Shown here one piece after another: positions 1-12,780 of a DNA stretch of 64,000 bases (position 1 is the first letter of the stretch; each line of letters opens with the position of its first letter). Below the pieces are notes generated by a model. It was not told the DNA's origin. It did no database searches and worked only from the letters and a program-made list of their open reading frames with translations. Source of the DNA: Bugula neritina (Eukaryota; Animalia; Bryozoa); the NCBI GenBank assembly GCA_964035545.1, contig OZ037768.1, positions 13,649,675 to 13,713,674 on the forward strand, in the 5' to 3' direction. A program made the position numbers and the translations under genes.

Positions 1-88
1 TAACATCAGATATATTAAGTTGGAACAAAAAGCATCAACACAAAAGCATAATAAAAACAAAGGGTTGAAGCAGTCGTATTATATTTAC

Positions 89-434
89 CCATAACAATAC
101 AATGATTATGCTCCGTTGAGACAATCCCATAGAATAGCACAATATTCCTGTGACTGACTTTACTTAGCACTTCAGCCTGTAATAATATGTAGAGCCAAGT
201 TGAGGTTGGCCAACATCAAGAGAGATGTTCGCTAATTTTCAAATCTTGATGAAGTGTAATAATTTGATCTGAATTAACACCCACCTCTTTATCTAAAGCT
301 AAAAGCTTTTTTACTGCAACTTCTTTTTCCATTGACTGCCAATATGCACGATAAACACTGCCATAAGTGCCACTACCACAACGCTCATAGAGAACCAGGT
401 CATCATACTGTATTTGATGGAGAAATGTAGTCAT
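89..434 (-). CDS. MAP3K20: ZAK/MLTK-like MAP kinase kinase kinase, first two coding exons (434-285, 176-89); gene continues beyond the left edge
   Basis: Translation MTTFLHQIQYDDLVLYERCGSGTYGSVYRAYW...EVAVKKLLALDKE|AEVLSKVSHRNIVLFYG has the Gly-rich loop and VAVK lysine and closely follows the ZAK N-terminus. The GT-AG junction is in phase. An acceptor just upstream of the ATG implies a non-coding first exon. Confidence 0.85.
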
Positions 435-2699
435 ATTTTTAATTTCTTACTGCTCTAAAATGTGATATAAAATGATTAATAGTGGAGATGATAGTTATCT
501 TTAGATGATGAACCAATTGTGACAAACGGATATCTTCATATCAAGCTAGTTAAAGCTTCACCAATAAAAACTAAGTTTCAGTTTTCAACTTATTGGCACA
601 TAATTTTGACACTTATTGGCAACATGTTTTCAGTGTTTTAAACTCAGAAAAATTGTGTATTAGCTGCAGCCCAATGAAGCAACCATGTGAATCCAGTTTC
701 AATTAAATTCAGTGTGGATAGTGTGGCAGTGTGTCTTATATTGGCATTAGATTTGTTTAAATAACAATTTATGTGTGTGTGGTTAGAACCAGAAAATTTA
801 TATAATTTAAAAAAACTACGGAGAAAAAATTTAAGATTTTATGAAATCCACTTTGATACCAAAACTTTCTAAACAACATTTTATTTTCTAACCTAATTTT
901 GCATGTGTTTTTGTAGCATCCCAATGCATATTTAACTTTCTCATAATCAAAACTATTTGATTTGCTAATTACTTAGACTTTATGAACTATTATCTTACAG
1001 AATTTTGACTTTGGCCCATGCCCTATAGCAGAAAGTTTCACAAGTAATTATTTTATTTTACTGGTCATACTTGTCAAGTTATTCAATAAAGTAAAATAAA
1101 AGAGAAACTATAGAAAGTGCAAAAAGAGGTGGTCGAGCACTATTTCACTGTACTATGAAAATGCAAGATTTTTTTAGAGTGTGGGCAAAATACTTTAGCT
1201 TTAAACTCAGCAATTGGGCACCCACTTAATATGAAACTTGCAATGTTTAAACATATTGTTCTTCTGATTAGCTGGGTGTAATATAATTGGCAAATCTAGC
1301 AATTTAGATTCAACTTGGCATATTTCTTTTAGAATTGACTTCACATGTTACATAGCGTCTCCAACAATAGGATTTATTACATTTTTATATGACAACTACT
1401 AAAGGGTTATATCAAGTGTATTATAACGTTGTTAACTTGCTGAGCTATTTATATACCAAACATCAAATGCTATAAATATTATGCACAAGATATGTGATTC
1501 ATCCCCATGTTATATATACAATGATGCTTTATAGTTGTGATTAGAGTTAGTTCTCCCTATGCTGTCAATCTGTACACTTTATACTTTACAATAACAAACC
1601 TTAGACAGTCTCATCTTGATTATTAACCACGCAATAATACAAAAACAAAACATTACAATATTCGTGTTTGCCTTGAAGAATCTTAAAGCTTTTAACATTA
1701 CCCAGTCAATTTGTAACAATTAAAAACTTGTTGAATTGCATTAAAAATACATAAGGTAAGTAAAATAGTTTAAATAATGAATAGCAATTGATGGTTTAGT
1801 TTTATTTGAATGCCACCAAAAATGGCGTTGTGCAAAATTGGTATTACTTTGATCCTTTTTAAATGAAATTTTCTATCACATTGGGTACTAAATAAAATTA
1901 ATTTCCAATACTTGAATTATTCCAGACATCTTCAAAATAAATGTAATAGTCATTTTTTTCTGGGTTTAAATATTTCACCAATCAACTAGCATTAAAAAAG
2001 CTAAAACAAGTACTTATGTTACTAGTGGAGAATCGTATCAATGCTACAGTATTGATTAGGGGTCAGAAATAACCTTTCATTAACAAATATGTGTCATAAA
2101 GGTTTCTGCAATTGCTTATATATTTGAAATGATCCAGGCTTCAGTTATTACAACATTTCTACAATTTAGACCTTAAGAAATTGAATTACTCTATTTGAGC
2201 TACTGCCTACTTTGATTACCAGCACCTTACTACATAAGCTTCCATACCCCAAGTGTTGCATTACAGAGTAGCACTGTGACTACATGTAGATAGATACACA
2301 TGTAACATGTAACTACATGACACCCAATGAGTAGTTAAAACGGATACTTATACAGTATTTCATAGTACTCACATAAATAGAATAACTTAAATTAATTTAT
2401 CTATTTGAACTCTGAGTTAAATAAAATATTTATATTATCCTATAATTGTCATCATGATTGCATTAACTATAATTTTAAATATTACTAGAAAAAAATTAAA
2501 CCAAATGTTCAATTAACCATTTTTCAGTCTCTTAATTTTTAAAAACAAAGAATTACCAACATGTCCCATGTCCATTGAAAAGTGGATATTACTTTATAAC
2601 CCATTTCCAAAATTTTACATTTAACTCTCCATCTATAAAAACGCTACAACTTTAAACTTCAAAGTGATTAATATTTAATACTTAATTTTATGTTACCAG

Positions 2700-3120
2700 T
2701 ATTATTATTATCACAATAACAATAAATCACAATAAATTATTCATACATAATACAAAGTGAATGAAATACTAATACTAACAGCAATAACTATAGTGCTCAA
2801 TTATTATAATCTGTGATAATAAAAATTAAAAAGTAATAGTTAAGGCAATGGCTAATATCAAACTTAATAAGTAATAAGTATTACTGTTAGTATCAGCAGT
2901 CTATGGTTTGAGTTTACATATATTAATATTAGTATTACTAATACTAATAAGAGATACTAATTACCAATTTACAAACTAATAGTAATAGTAATACTATTAC
3001 TATTAGTAATACTAATACCAATAATATACTACTTGTAGTAGTACCTGTACAGGTACTAGTAGTAATAGTAATACTTTAAGTAATTTACTAATACATATTG
3101 AGATTACTAAGAGCTGAACC
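2700..3120. repeat. (ANT)n AGT/ACT/AAT/ATT low-complexity island
   Basis: e.g. ACTAATAGTAATAGTAATACTATTACTATTAGTAATACTAATACC; boundaries approximate. Confidence 0.8.
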
Positions 3121-3357
3121 CATGATAGTGATGAGCATCAGTATCAAATGACAGTTAGAATCACAATGATTTTCGTTTTTATTTGGCCTTTTACTTCAAG
3201 TTTACTAGCTTGGAGGCATAGGTAAAGCCATACCCATTGATGCCCATTGTTATTGCATTTGTCATTGTGAGGCTACTTACTCTTAGTACTTATAAACTTG
3301 GAGCTTTAAACATTAAATTTTAAAGCACATTGTCATTTGCGTAATGATGGGGTTCCT

Positions 3358-3416
3358 GTCGTTTCTTACACCGGTCGCTTTGTACACAAAATGGTTGTTT
3401 CGTACATAAACTGCTG
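3358..3416 (+). repeat. Three degenerate copies of GTCGTTTCGTACAC; possible transposon subterminal repeats or promoter motifs
   Basis: gtcgtttcttacac, gtcgctttgtacac, gttgtttcgtacat spaced 16-20 bp apart; no matching opposite end seen. Confidence 0.4.
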
Positions 3417-4619
3417 TACAAAAAATGAATAATTAATTAACGTCAAACCGAAATAATAAATCAATAGATAAACCTCCTTTTCACAGCTTGAGCTAACAAC
3501 TATATTTATAATAATGAGTAATGATGATAATAATCATAACGTAAATAACCAAACAGTAAATGTATTATTATTAATTATAATTATAATAGTAAATGTATTA
3601 TTATAAATATAATTATAAATAATTAAATTAGTTATTGATTATATTTCTTCTAATTTCAATTTGGCTGGGTGGAAATAACCTACTAAAACTGTGGCAGAGA
3701 GATATGCATTGTAATAAAAACCAAGACATTTAATTTTATATAATAATATTACAATCACCACTGCTAGTAGTAATACTTTGTCCTTAAATCACCGACTACA
3801 ACATAGACATAAATAATAATACAAATAATGAAATATTAAAATAGTAAAAAGCTTCAACAGAAAAATGGCATTATCGGCCTCGTATAATACATATTTATTT
3901 AATCATGACATAATAACTCCTTGGTTATAAACATCGGCTAGAATTTTACTAATTTACCTGCAGTCTTATCGTTTTGCGCTTCAACAAATTTTTTTTGTAA
4001 TGTCTTGCTCCGCATACTCACAACTAGAACCTACGTAAACTGAAAGTTATAATACAATTTTTCATAAGCATTCATGTTATTCTTAATAATATAATTTTTT
4101 AAATTTGCTAATTGTAGATTTGTGTGCATTGTTTTTCTAATAAGAAGCTAGAATAAAAAGCTTAAATTTTTAAATTTTCCAACTGAATATAGACCTTATT
4201 AAAGTATAGTAATTATTTAGTTTAGTTCAATTATTTTTTTGCAGAAAAATATCAGCAACTAGAGTTGATGCTCCTAAATAAACAATGTTGATATTTATTC
4301 AAAATTTAAGTAGGTCAACAGTGTAACGGAAATTCCTGATGTAAGCTGGTTGCGCGTGAGGTGTCCGCAAACACCGATAGTCACAGTTGAACTTATAATG
4401 TAGGTATATTTTATTATTTGTAATTTCAAAATCAACGATTTCTGATTGCTAAATTTCTCTTATCATATATAGTAATGAGAATTATAACGTATTAGGCTAG
4501 TAATAAGTTTAATAAATATAAAAAAGTTTCAATTATATCACTCAAGGAAGGTATTGAATAACTTAGTCACTTCAACTTCAACTGTCTTGTGCAGGAAAAG
4601 AAATATCAAATAAACTTGA

Positions 4620-5700
4620 AGTTAAACTGAAACTTAAACTAAAAGTAAAACTAAAAGTAGAAGTGTAACTAATACTGTAAGTATAAGTTAGTTAGTCAAA
4701 GTGTAGCTCTAAGAGTAAAAATTGAAGTTAGTTAATTAAATTTAATAATCATAATGATATTAATATTATTGATATTATTATATTTATTAAATTTAATTTG
4801 GTGATTTACTATCACTATGACTATGTCTTACTCTTACTTTTACTTTTAGTCTATTATTCTGTTTAGCTCCATTAGTATTAGTATTACTTATAGTTATAGT
4901 TATACTCATAACTTATAGTTATACTTGTAGTTGTAGCCTAGCTATTAGTATTACTATAACTATTACTATTAGTATTAGTAATAGTTATTACTGTTACTAT
5001 TACTATTAGTATTACTATTACTATTAGTAATACTATTAGTAATACTAATAGTAATACTGTATAACTATTACTATTAGTAATACTGAGACTTTACTGATTG
5101 GTATTACTCCTGCTACAATCTATAATGTTACTCATACTGTTAGTAAATGGAATTAGGGTTACTATTAGTATTAGTTATTATAGTTATTACTATTAGTATT
5201 ACTATTAGTCATTACTTATAGTTATTACTATTACTATTAGTAATACTATTAGTATTAGTATATGTATAACTCTAGCTATTGACTACTGTTTGTAATACTA
5301 TGACTGTTGGTGCGTCAGTATGATACTCAGTCAGTGTCAGTGTCAGTATGAGTTTTACATTTACAGTAATAATAATAGTACTAATAGTAATAGTAATAAT
5401 AATAAAATTAATAGTAATGGTATTGGTAATGCTGTTATTTATATTAACTGTATCATTAGACTTAGTGTCAGTAATACTAACTGGTAATGAATATTATATT
5501 ATTCCATCTATACTTACAGTAATTTGTTGCTAATGCTGTGCCTAATAGTAATAGTTCCTAGTGCTAAAATTTCTTACTAGTACTACAATAACTATTGCAA
5601 TGTTAGTTACTACTTTTTGAGTTATTAGTAATAAGCTAATTAGTTTAACTTAATATAATTTTCACTATAATATCACTATTATCTTAGTATTGCCGTAGTA
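4620..5700. repeat. (ANT)n AGT/ACT-rich low-complexity island upstream of the first MPP coding exon
   Basis: About 1 kb of AGT/ACT/AAT/ATT triplets, e.g. ATTAGTATTACTATTACTATTAGTAATACTATTAGTAATACTAATAGTAATACT. Confidence 0.85.
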
Positions 5701-5950
5701 ATAATATTGTTTATTCAGTTGTACTTGTTTAAGTTATATTTATTTTTCATAATTGGTTGTAATAGCTATAAGTTCTAGCACATTAGTTCTAATAATCATA
5801 CTATCAATCAAAATTATTTTACGTAAATCACACAAAGTTGTTTTATTCTCATGACTTTTTTTATATTTTTCTTCCGGTATTGCATACTTAACCTGCATAT
5901 GCCTGCTATGTATTGCATCTACTTGTAGAGTTGCAAGTAATTGTTGGGAC

Positions 5951-8900
5951 ATGCCTGGTGTGCCTAATCAGGAAACGGCTCATGGTAAGGGCTAACTTAG
6001 ACATTTTTGAGAACGGTTTAAAGCTAAAATGTGCTGATGTTTTCATTGTAAATTTCTTTTTTCGGTGTTGAGATTTATTTAGAAATACCAATGAATAGTA
6101 AGAGCTTCTGTATACTTTTATATTCCTGTCAACAATTGATTTTTTTAATGCCTAAACAGATGTTCTCTTAAGGGAGAAGTATGTGCTCTTTTCAAAAGAA
6201 TTTTTCGCAGTGAAATTTCTTACTTTAAATATGGTTAGAAATGAGATATTTTTGATCCAGTTATTCTCTTTAATAGTTTATTTTATTAGTATTGTTCAGA
6301 TGGTATCTATGTTTTCAATCTATAAAGTTACATTCACAATAGTTTATGTCTATTTATAGTTTGCATTATTGTTTTTTATTGGATTTATCAAATAGAGATC
6401 TGATCTCTTGATTTGTTCTGTAGAGGCCTTGGTAAGGGTCTGCAATGAGATAGATCAGTCTGGCGCTGGAGGTACGCCCGAGGATTATGCTTTTATTAGA
6501 GCAATCTTACAAGATGTTGTGGTTGATGCCATGTTTCAGGTAAGGTGGTGTTTTCTCGTCTATAATCAGACTTGATTACTTCTTCCACTCTTACTCTTGA
6601 ATCTCTAATGCATTTCTTATCTCATTTGTGTAGTGGTTGAGATGTTGTTGATACAAGGCACTTGAATATTTTATAGTGGTGATTATGAGTTTTATGGGAT
6701 CTCAAAGGTATGCTTCAATGCTTAGCTCATTGTGAGAGAGAATTCATTGGATGCTGCATGAACCGTGTAGTGTATAAAGAGTATTTTTAGTTTGAACTGT
6801 CTAGTGTAAACTATTGCATGGAACATCAGTTGTCTAGTCCGATAAGCTACAGTGTACAGTATATGCTTACAGTTATAGTTGACTGCAGTTACATCCCAGA
6901 ATTAAGTTATGTTGCATAGCAGGAGGCCTGCCCTTATACTTTCTTGGAATTTAAATGCAATATTCAAAAATGTATTTATATTAGTTTCTAAACAGTGTCG
7001 ATAGTATTAAGAACACATTGCTTTGCCACTTATATTTAAGCAGCTTGCTCTATTATCATTCTACCTATTAGCTCACTATACCTATTGTTGTGTGCACAGT
7101 AAAAGGATTATGTTTGTGGGGCTATGAACTGTGAGTCAAGTCACTGGCCATGTATGACAGCCTCTACCCTTCTAACTGCAGACTCATGAGAAGCTGAATG
7201 AGCCAGTAGAACCAGCGGATCACTTCGCTAGCGATGCAGTGAACAAACTTCTCGACTTCCTCGATCAAGATCCCGGGATGAAGAGTAACCCTGACATTAG
7301 AGAGTTGTTTAATGTGCTGGCTGATCGGGACATGCAAGCTGTGTTGATGGCTCATGATGACATAGCCAGGAAGAGCTTTGAGCCTCTGCAGCAACCCCCA
7401 GAGGAGATTGAGCATCATGAACCCCCTCCCAAACAATCGCCCCCTCCTCAGCAACGTAATCACACTGAGGAGAATGATGCAGCTAAGATTGTCACAGTTA
7501 GAAAACAGCCCGGTCAACCACTGGTTAGTTGTAACTATATAGATACAACTGTTGTCCAATGGTAGTTATATATTTAGTGTACCCGGCTAGTTGGATGTAA
7601 ATTACTTGTGATTTGTTTTGTAGCTGGTAATGATGGTGTATGACTTGAACTTTATACATCTTTTGTAATACTGTATAGCAAAAGATCTTTGGAGTTGTAA
7701 AGTGGGCCCAAATATAGCATGAAATAATTTCAATAAATTATTATGTCAGTTTACAGTGAAATAGGGTTGTAAGAGCTATAACCTTAGAAATATTAATAGT
7801 GATATCTATTATCGTAACTTGATGCTGAATGAGTGCATCAAATATGCCGTGTGTGACTTGGATATGATACTATGTTTTGAAATTGCATCAACAGTTTACA
7901 GTTACTAAACTGCCATTTTATCCCCATTTTTCATAGAAATTGATTAAGCAGTGAAACAAAACGATATATTGAGCTTTATGTTGTATATAACAGGGTATAA
8001 CTGTGGCAAATGATGAATCTATCAACCCTGATCAGCTGTTTGTAATAAGAATAGCAGAGAATAGTCTCACTGCCAAACAGAATCTTATACAAGTTGGAGA
8101 TGTTATAGCCGAGGTTAATGGAATACCAGTAAAGACCTCTGATCAGCTGGGGGACGCTATTCGCCAGAGTGGCCCAGAAATTAGATTCATGGTCATACCT
8201 GGTGGTGCAAACACCACCAGTGGGAAAATTAACCAGGTATAAACCGATCACAGTGATTTGTAAGTTTGTAGCTCTCTCAGCCAGACATAGATATATGCAA
8301 TATTACTGCAGGTAAAAAGTGTGTAATATGTAAGAAAGATATTCTTAAGTAGGCTATTATACTATTGAATTTGTGTGTCATAGCTGCAGGTACACACAAT
8401 CATTACATCATCCAAGTGGTATGACAAGTTATGCTGTGCATTTTTACTTGTAAAATAGTCAACATAGTTACATAATGTTGATGCAATCACATGAATGTTA
8501 AATTTTTATTGTTTCACTTTTGCACTTGGATTTGTTTTTAGAGATACTTAAAAGCACACTTTGCTTATAACCCATTTAAAGACACACGAATAAGCGCTCC
8601 ATCCCTTGGACTTGCATTTGAACAAGAAGATATTCTTCTTATCAACAAGGTGACAAGTTATTTTAAATACATTTCCCATATGCTTTTGTATGGATTTCTG
8701 TAATGTTTTAAAATTTCTCATAAAGTTTTTGTACTGCCTAATGGAGTATTGCTTTTTTATAGGACGTTGATAAAAACTGGTGGGAGTGTGAAAATCTACG
8801 TACAGGCGCTACTGGTAACATTCCATCTCCAACTTTTGAGGAGCGAAGAAGGCACATGGCTCAAGCTCCACCTGATAAGGCTAAAAGCTCATGTATGTGC

Positions 8901-10555
8901 CACGGTTTTGAAATCTATCAACATTATTATAGAACTAAGCTTTATCAGTTCTCCTTTTTATTTGGCATATTTTCTGCCTTTCAAGAGTGTTGCAACAAAA
9001 TATTTTGTAGTTATTTACTCTGCTTGCTTTGTACTAGCAATCAATCATTTTTATCTCAATGTAGTATATAGCTTTATTGTAATATACAAACAAATTGTTC
9101 CAATTGTTTTTAGCTATTTTATTTCTGATAAACTATGGATTCGTAGTTCAATTTGAAGTAAATACTTCTAGTTGAACTAAATTGTAAAGTTGAACCAGTT
9201 ATTGTCTGGGTTTGCCTGTGTGACCATCTGTAGATCAAGAGATTATTATATTCAACCTGGAGTGTTACTGAAAATTTCAGTTTAATCTGCATTTAAACTC
9301 CATTGGCGGTCTCTACAAACACTTTGTTATCCATCCATCCTAACATTTTAATCATCCATATCTATTTTTAAAGTTTTGTGTGGCCTTGGCAAAAAGAAGA
9401 AAAAGCCTGACCCAAAGAATGCTCCTACAAAACAAGGTAGGAGTAGCCGATTAGTTGCCAGCTTTCAGGATTTTCCTTGTTTCTTATTGGAAATTTTCTT
9501 ATGTTGCTTTTTGATGAATTTAAATTCAAATGTTCATATACATTTAATGTGTTACATGTCTTTATTTTTCATTCATTTCATTTCAAGTTTTGATAGCTTG
9601 ACTGGTTTTTACTGTAATTATTAGTATTGGTATTTAGCATTCCTTCTAGAATATACTAACTTTTCATTTCAGATCAAGGCCCTCTCATATTGTATGAAGA
9701 AGTGATAAAAGTCAAACCATTCCGTCATAAGTGCTTAGTTCTCGTTGGAGCTCAGGGTATTGGAAGGCGTAGTATCAAAAACAGGCTTATACAGATGATA
9801 CCTAAGAAGTTTGGTGCACCTACTCCAAACACTTCTAGGCCAATGAGAGATGGAGAAGAAGCTGGGAGAAACTATCACTTCTTAACGCGGGAAGAAATGG
9901 AAGTGGATATAAAAAATGGCAAATACTTAGAATTTGGAGAGTTGAATAATAATTACTACGGGACGTCATTGTCAGCATTGAAAGTAGTTACAGATGCTGG
10001 CAAAACCTGTATTGTGGATCCTAAATCAGCCGTAAGTTCTCTTATTAAGTGTAAATGGCAACATCACATTGATGAAGAACCTTGTATGCACCTGTACCAT
10101 CAGTATTGACTACTGGCTGTTGAAATTTTGCATTGTTTTGTTGTTTTTTAGGCTCTGGCAAAGTTGAGAACTATTGATTGGATGCCTTTCGTTGTGTTTA
10201 TTAAACCAACCAATGCTGACTCATTAAGGCAGATGAACCTGCAAGCTATCAACGATGGCGTTGACACACAAAGAAAGACGGTAACCTTTTAAATTTGACT
10301 GATCTTGATCGTTTTTACTAATTTACTATTTTCTCTGCTCTATTTTCTACTCCATCATACTTTTTAATATTACAGGATGTTGAAATCGACCGTATCATTG
10401 AAGAGACCCAGAAAATTCAGCGTCAGTACATCCACTTCTGTGACACAAGCATTCCATATGATAACTTTGAAAGTACATGTAAAACGATCTTGCAGCTGCT
10501 AGAGAGTGCAGACTCAACTCCACAATGGGTGCCATTATCCTGGGTTAGTCAATAA
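5951..10555 (+). CDS. MAGUK p55-subfamily scaffold (L27-L27-PDZ-SH3-HOOK-GUK), MPP2/MPP6-like; exons 5951-5984, 6424-6539, 7182-7523, 7994-8236, 8542-8649, 8763-8892, 9374-9436, 9673-10031, 10152-10280, 10376-10555
   Basis: L27 (ELFNVLADRDMQAVLMAHDDIA), PDZ (QPLGIT...IQVGDVIAEVNG), SH3 (YLKAHFAYNP...WW), Lys-rich HOOK, GUK (LVLVGAQGIGRR, TSRPMR, YLEFGE, YYGTS) and C-terminal QWVPLSWV. All introns are GT-AG and phase-compatible. Confidence 0.88.
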
Positions 10556-12262
10556 TTGGATGTTGCCTGCAAATTCTTGCAGTATAGCTGTAATGATTGT
10601 ATTAGAATTTTATCAGCATACAATTGATTGGTTTAGTTGATCAACTCATTGTAAACTGTAATGTTAACCATATTGTAATGTTTCTCATTATGACTATAGA
10701 TATTGCATTTCTGATTATTTTATGATCCATGACTAGCTTGTAATCACCATAGGCCACTCTTGTGGTTTGTGATAAAGATCTCCATCAGTCGTAAAGTCAT
10801 GATTTACATCACTAGTGGAGCTCTAATTATTATGGATATGTTTTTTTACCTCTAGGAACCTGAAACAGAGCGACTTCCGCTATAGATAATGGAGAGAGTT
10901 TTCTGCCCATGCACTAAGATGCAGGAAGGTTTAACAACACTTAAAATCCATTCCAATAGATTATATTACATGCCATTTATTTATGCATTATATTAAATAA
11001 ATATGGGCCATTTATTATCTTATAGTTATATATACATACAATATATGATATACGATAAATGTACTTTTTAAGTATTTCAGGTTTTAGTCTTGGCAATTCT
11101 AATATGTAGATGTAATATTAGTAATTATAGTGCACATTTCAGATCCTTACATGGTTTGTACTTTTTGAGCAAATGCCAACCTTGCAAGCTTTCTAAGTTC
11201 CTTCAATTTGTTTATTCCTCCAATTTGTTTAGTGCACTATAAAAAAATTTCATTGTTTTTGACTTAAATTTTTCCATGGGAATTGTCTGTCATTTTATTA
11301 AGAGACAAGTGCATTTCATGCTTAGATTTCTAATGGTTTAAAATGGTTCAAAATGCTAAGTCGAATTAATTTATTCGAATGTTTAACAAAATTATAGTAA
11401 TTGCAAGACATTTGTTGAAGTCAATGTAATGTTATATTTCAACATCCATGTTCATAGTTCTGTGCAATTTGTTCCTAAACCTGAAGAAACCATCATGTCA
11501 AATTTGAGAAATGGTACTCAATCACATTTGTCCATCATTTTATTGTCTAAAGGCCACTTGATCATGTTTTCTCAATTTTTATGCTCTTGTACATTTGTAC
11601 AATAATTCAATAGCAGTCGCTGTTTAGAACACTGAATTTACTTTCGCACTATTTTTGATTGGTTTCTGTTTTGCATTTGGATTCTGTACGTAGATTTTTT
11701 AATCTAACATTATTTCCCTACCTATTTTTTAGTAAAAGTTATGTGTGCCTGATTCTGTAGGACCTATAATTAATAGTTGTGGTTTTACTTTTTTTTAAGA
11801 TTGAAGTCCTGTAATATGTAATAACATATGTTATGTATATATGTGTGGTTAATCACTACATTTATCAGAATCTAGCATTTGAATTTTAATAGCTTGTTAG
11901 CAATTTTTCTCAAAATATGTTTTTTGTATATTGATTGTCGACTTTTAATCTCTATGACTAATCAATTTTCCTCTTAATAAAATTTCACTGCTTTTCCTAT
12001 CCTATTAAAATAATGTGCATGCATAGTATATTATAACTGAAAGCACATGTTACTAGATAAGTTAACCAGTGCTCAATGAGCATTAGATGCAGTTCTTGAA
12101 AACAATATCTTAAGGCAATTCAAGTTGTGTGAATATTTTTTAACATATATTAATATGGCTTAGCTTTATATCAACCAATAAACTCATACGTATGTTGATG
12201 CATATAAAAGAAGTAATGCACATATAACACATGCAGTTGGTGGTTTCAAAATGTATTTTGTG

Positions 12263-12332
12263 GCCCCCATGGTGTAATGGTAGCACACTAGCTTGCTCTT
12301 TGGTAGACTGCTGTTTGATTTCTGGTTGGGCA
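12263..12332 (+). pseudogene. Degenerate tRNA-like sequence (tRNA-Gln-like 5' half); tRNA pseudogene or SINE head
   Basis: GCCCCCATGGTGTAATGGTAGCAC resembles the tRNA-Gln 5' end and A-box. The B-box is decayed (GTTTGATTTC) and there is no clean anticodon stem. Confidence 0.5.
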
Positions 12333-12465
12333 GTTATTCTACATGAGCAACAATAAAAATACCTCTGCTGTTGAAACAAGCCATGGTGAAGGTTGTGAAT
12401 GTTTTTACCAAGTTGTCAACAGCTTTGAACGAGTAAAAGAACCATAGCACTCAGTAAATGGTTCT

Positions 12466-12503
12466 AACCACCGAACTGGAAAATATTTTCCAGCTCAGTG
12501 GTT
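12466..12503. promoter_or_regulatory. 38-bp near-perfect palindrome upstream of MRPL2
   Basis: AACCACCGAACTGGAAAAT|ATTTTCCAGCTCAGTGGTT; 17 of 19 arm positions are complementary. Regulatory role is inferred. Confidence 0.5.
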
Positions 12504-12549
12504 CGAGCTGTAAGAGTAACTTTCTTATTAAAAAGATAAACAACTCTTC

Positions 12550-12676
12550 CACGTGCCTGTATTCGAGCCGGAGCGATGAGCAGCATTGGAATAATGAAAT
12601 CGGATATTTCATTGGCTGCACGTATAACCCACTTAGGTAAACATATTCATTTTGTGCGGTGTACTTAAAGATGGCG
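12550..12676 (+). promoter_or_regulatory. Probable MRPL2 core promoter: E-box, two reverse CCAAT boxes, YY1-type site
   Basis: CACGTG 12550-12555; ATTGG 12585-12589 and 12611-12615; AAGATGGCG 12668-12676; locally CpG-rich, 100-230 bp upstream of the ATG. Confidence 0.55.
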
Positions 12677-12780
12677 TCTTTTATTAAAAGTTTTTCAAGT
12701 TGATAAATTGATGCTGAACCTGCTGTAGTAACTATTCATTACACACACTTGATACATTATTCAAGCTGTTAATGCTTATC

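Noticed and set aside
5348-5533. Hydrophobic ORF resembling a membrane peptide (also 13056-13283, 33530-33751, 33561-33770)
   Set aside because: A by-product of (ANT)n tracts, which read as I/V/L or S/T/N/I in their non-stop frames.
7164-7559. 131-aa antisense ORF (similar ones at 22960-23368 and 50636-51345)
   Set aside because: Antisense shadows of real exons or gag; no independent support.
12671-12703. ATG at 12671 as the MRPL2 start codon
   Set aside because: It reaches TGA after 10 codons with no phase-2 GT donor; ATG 12781 gives an in-phase exon.
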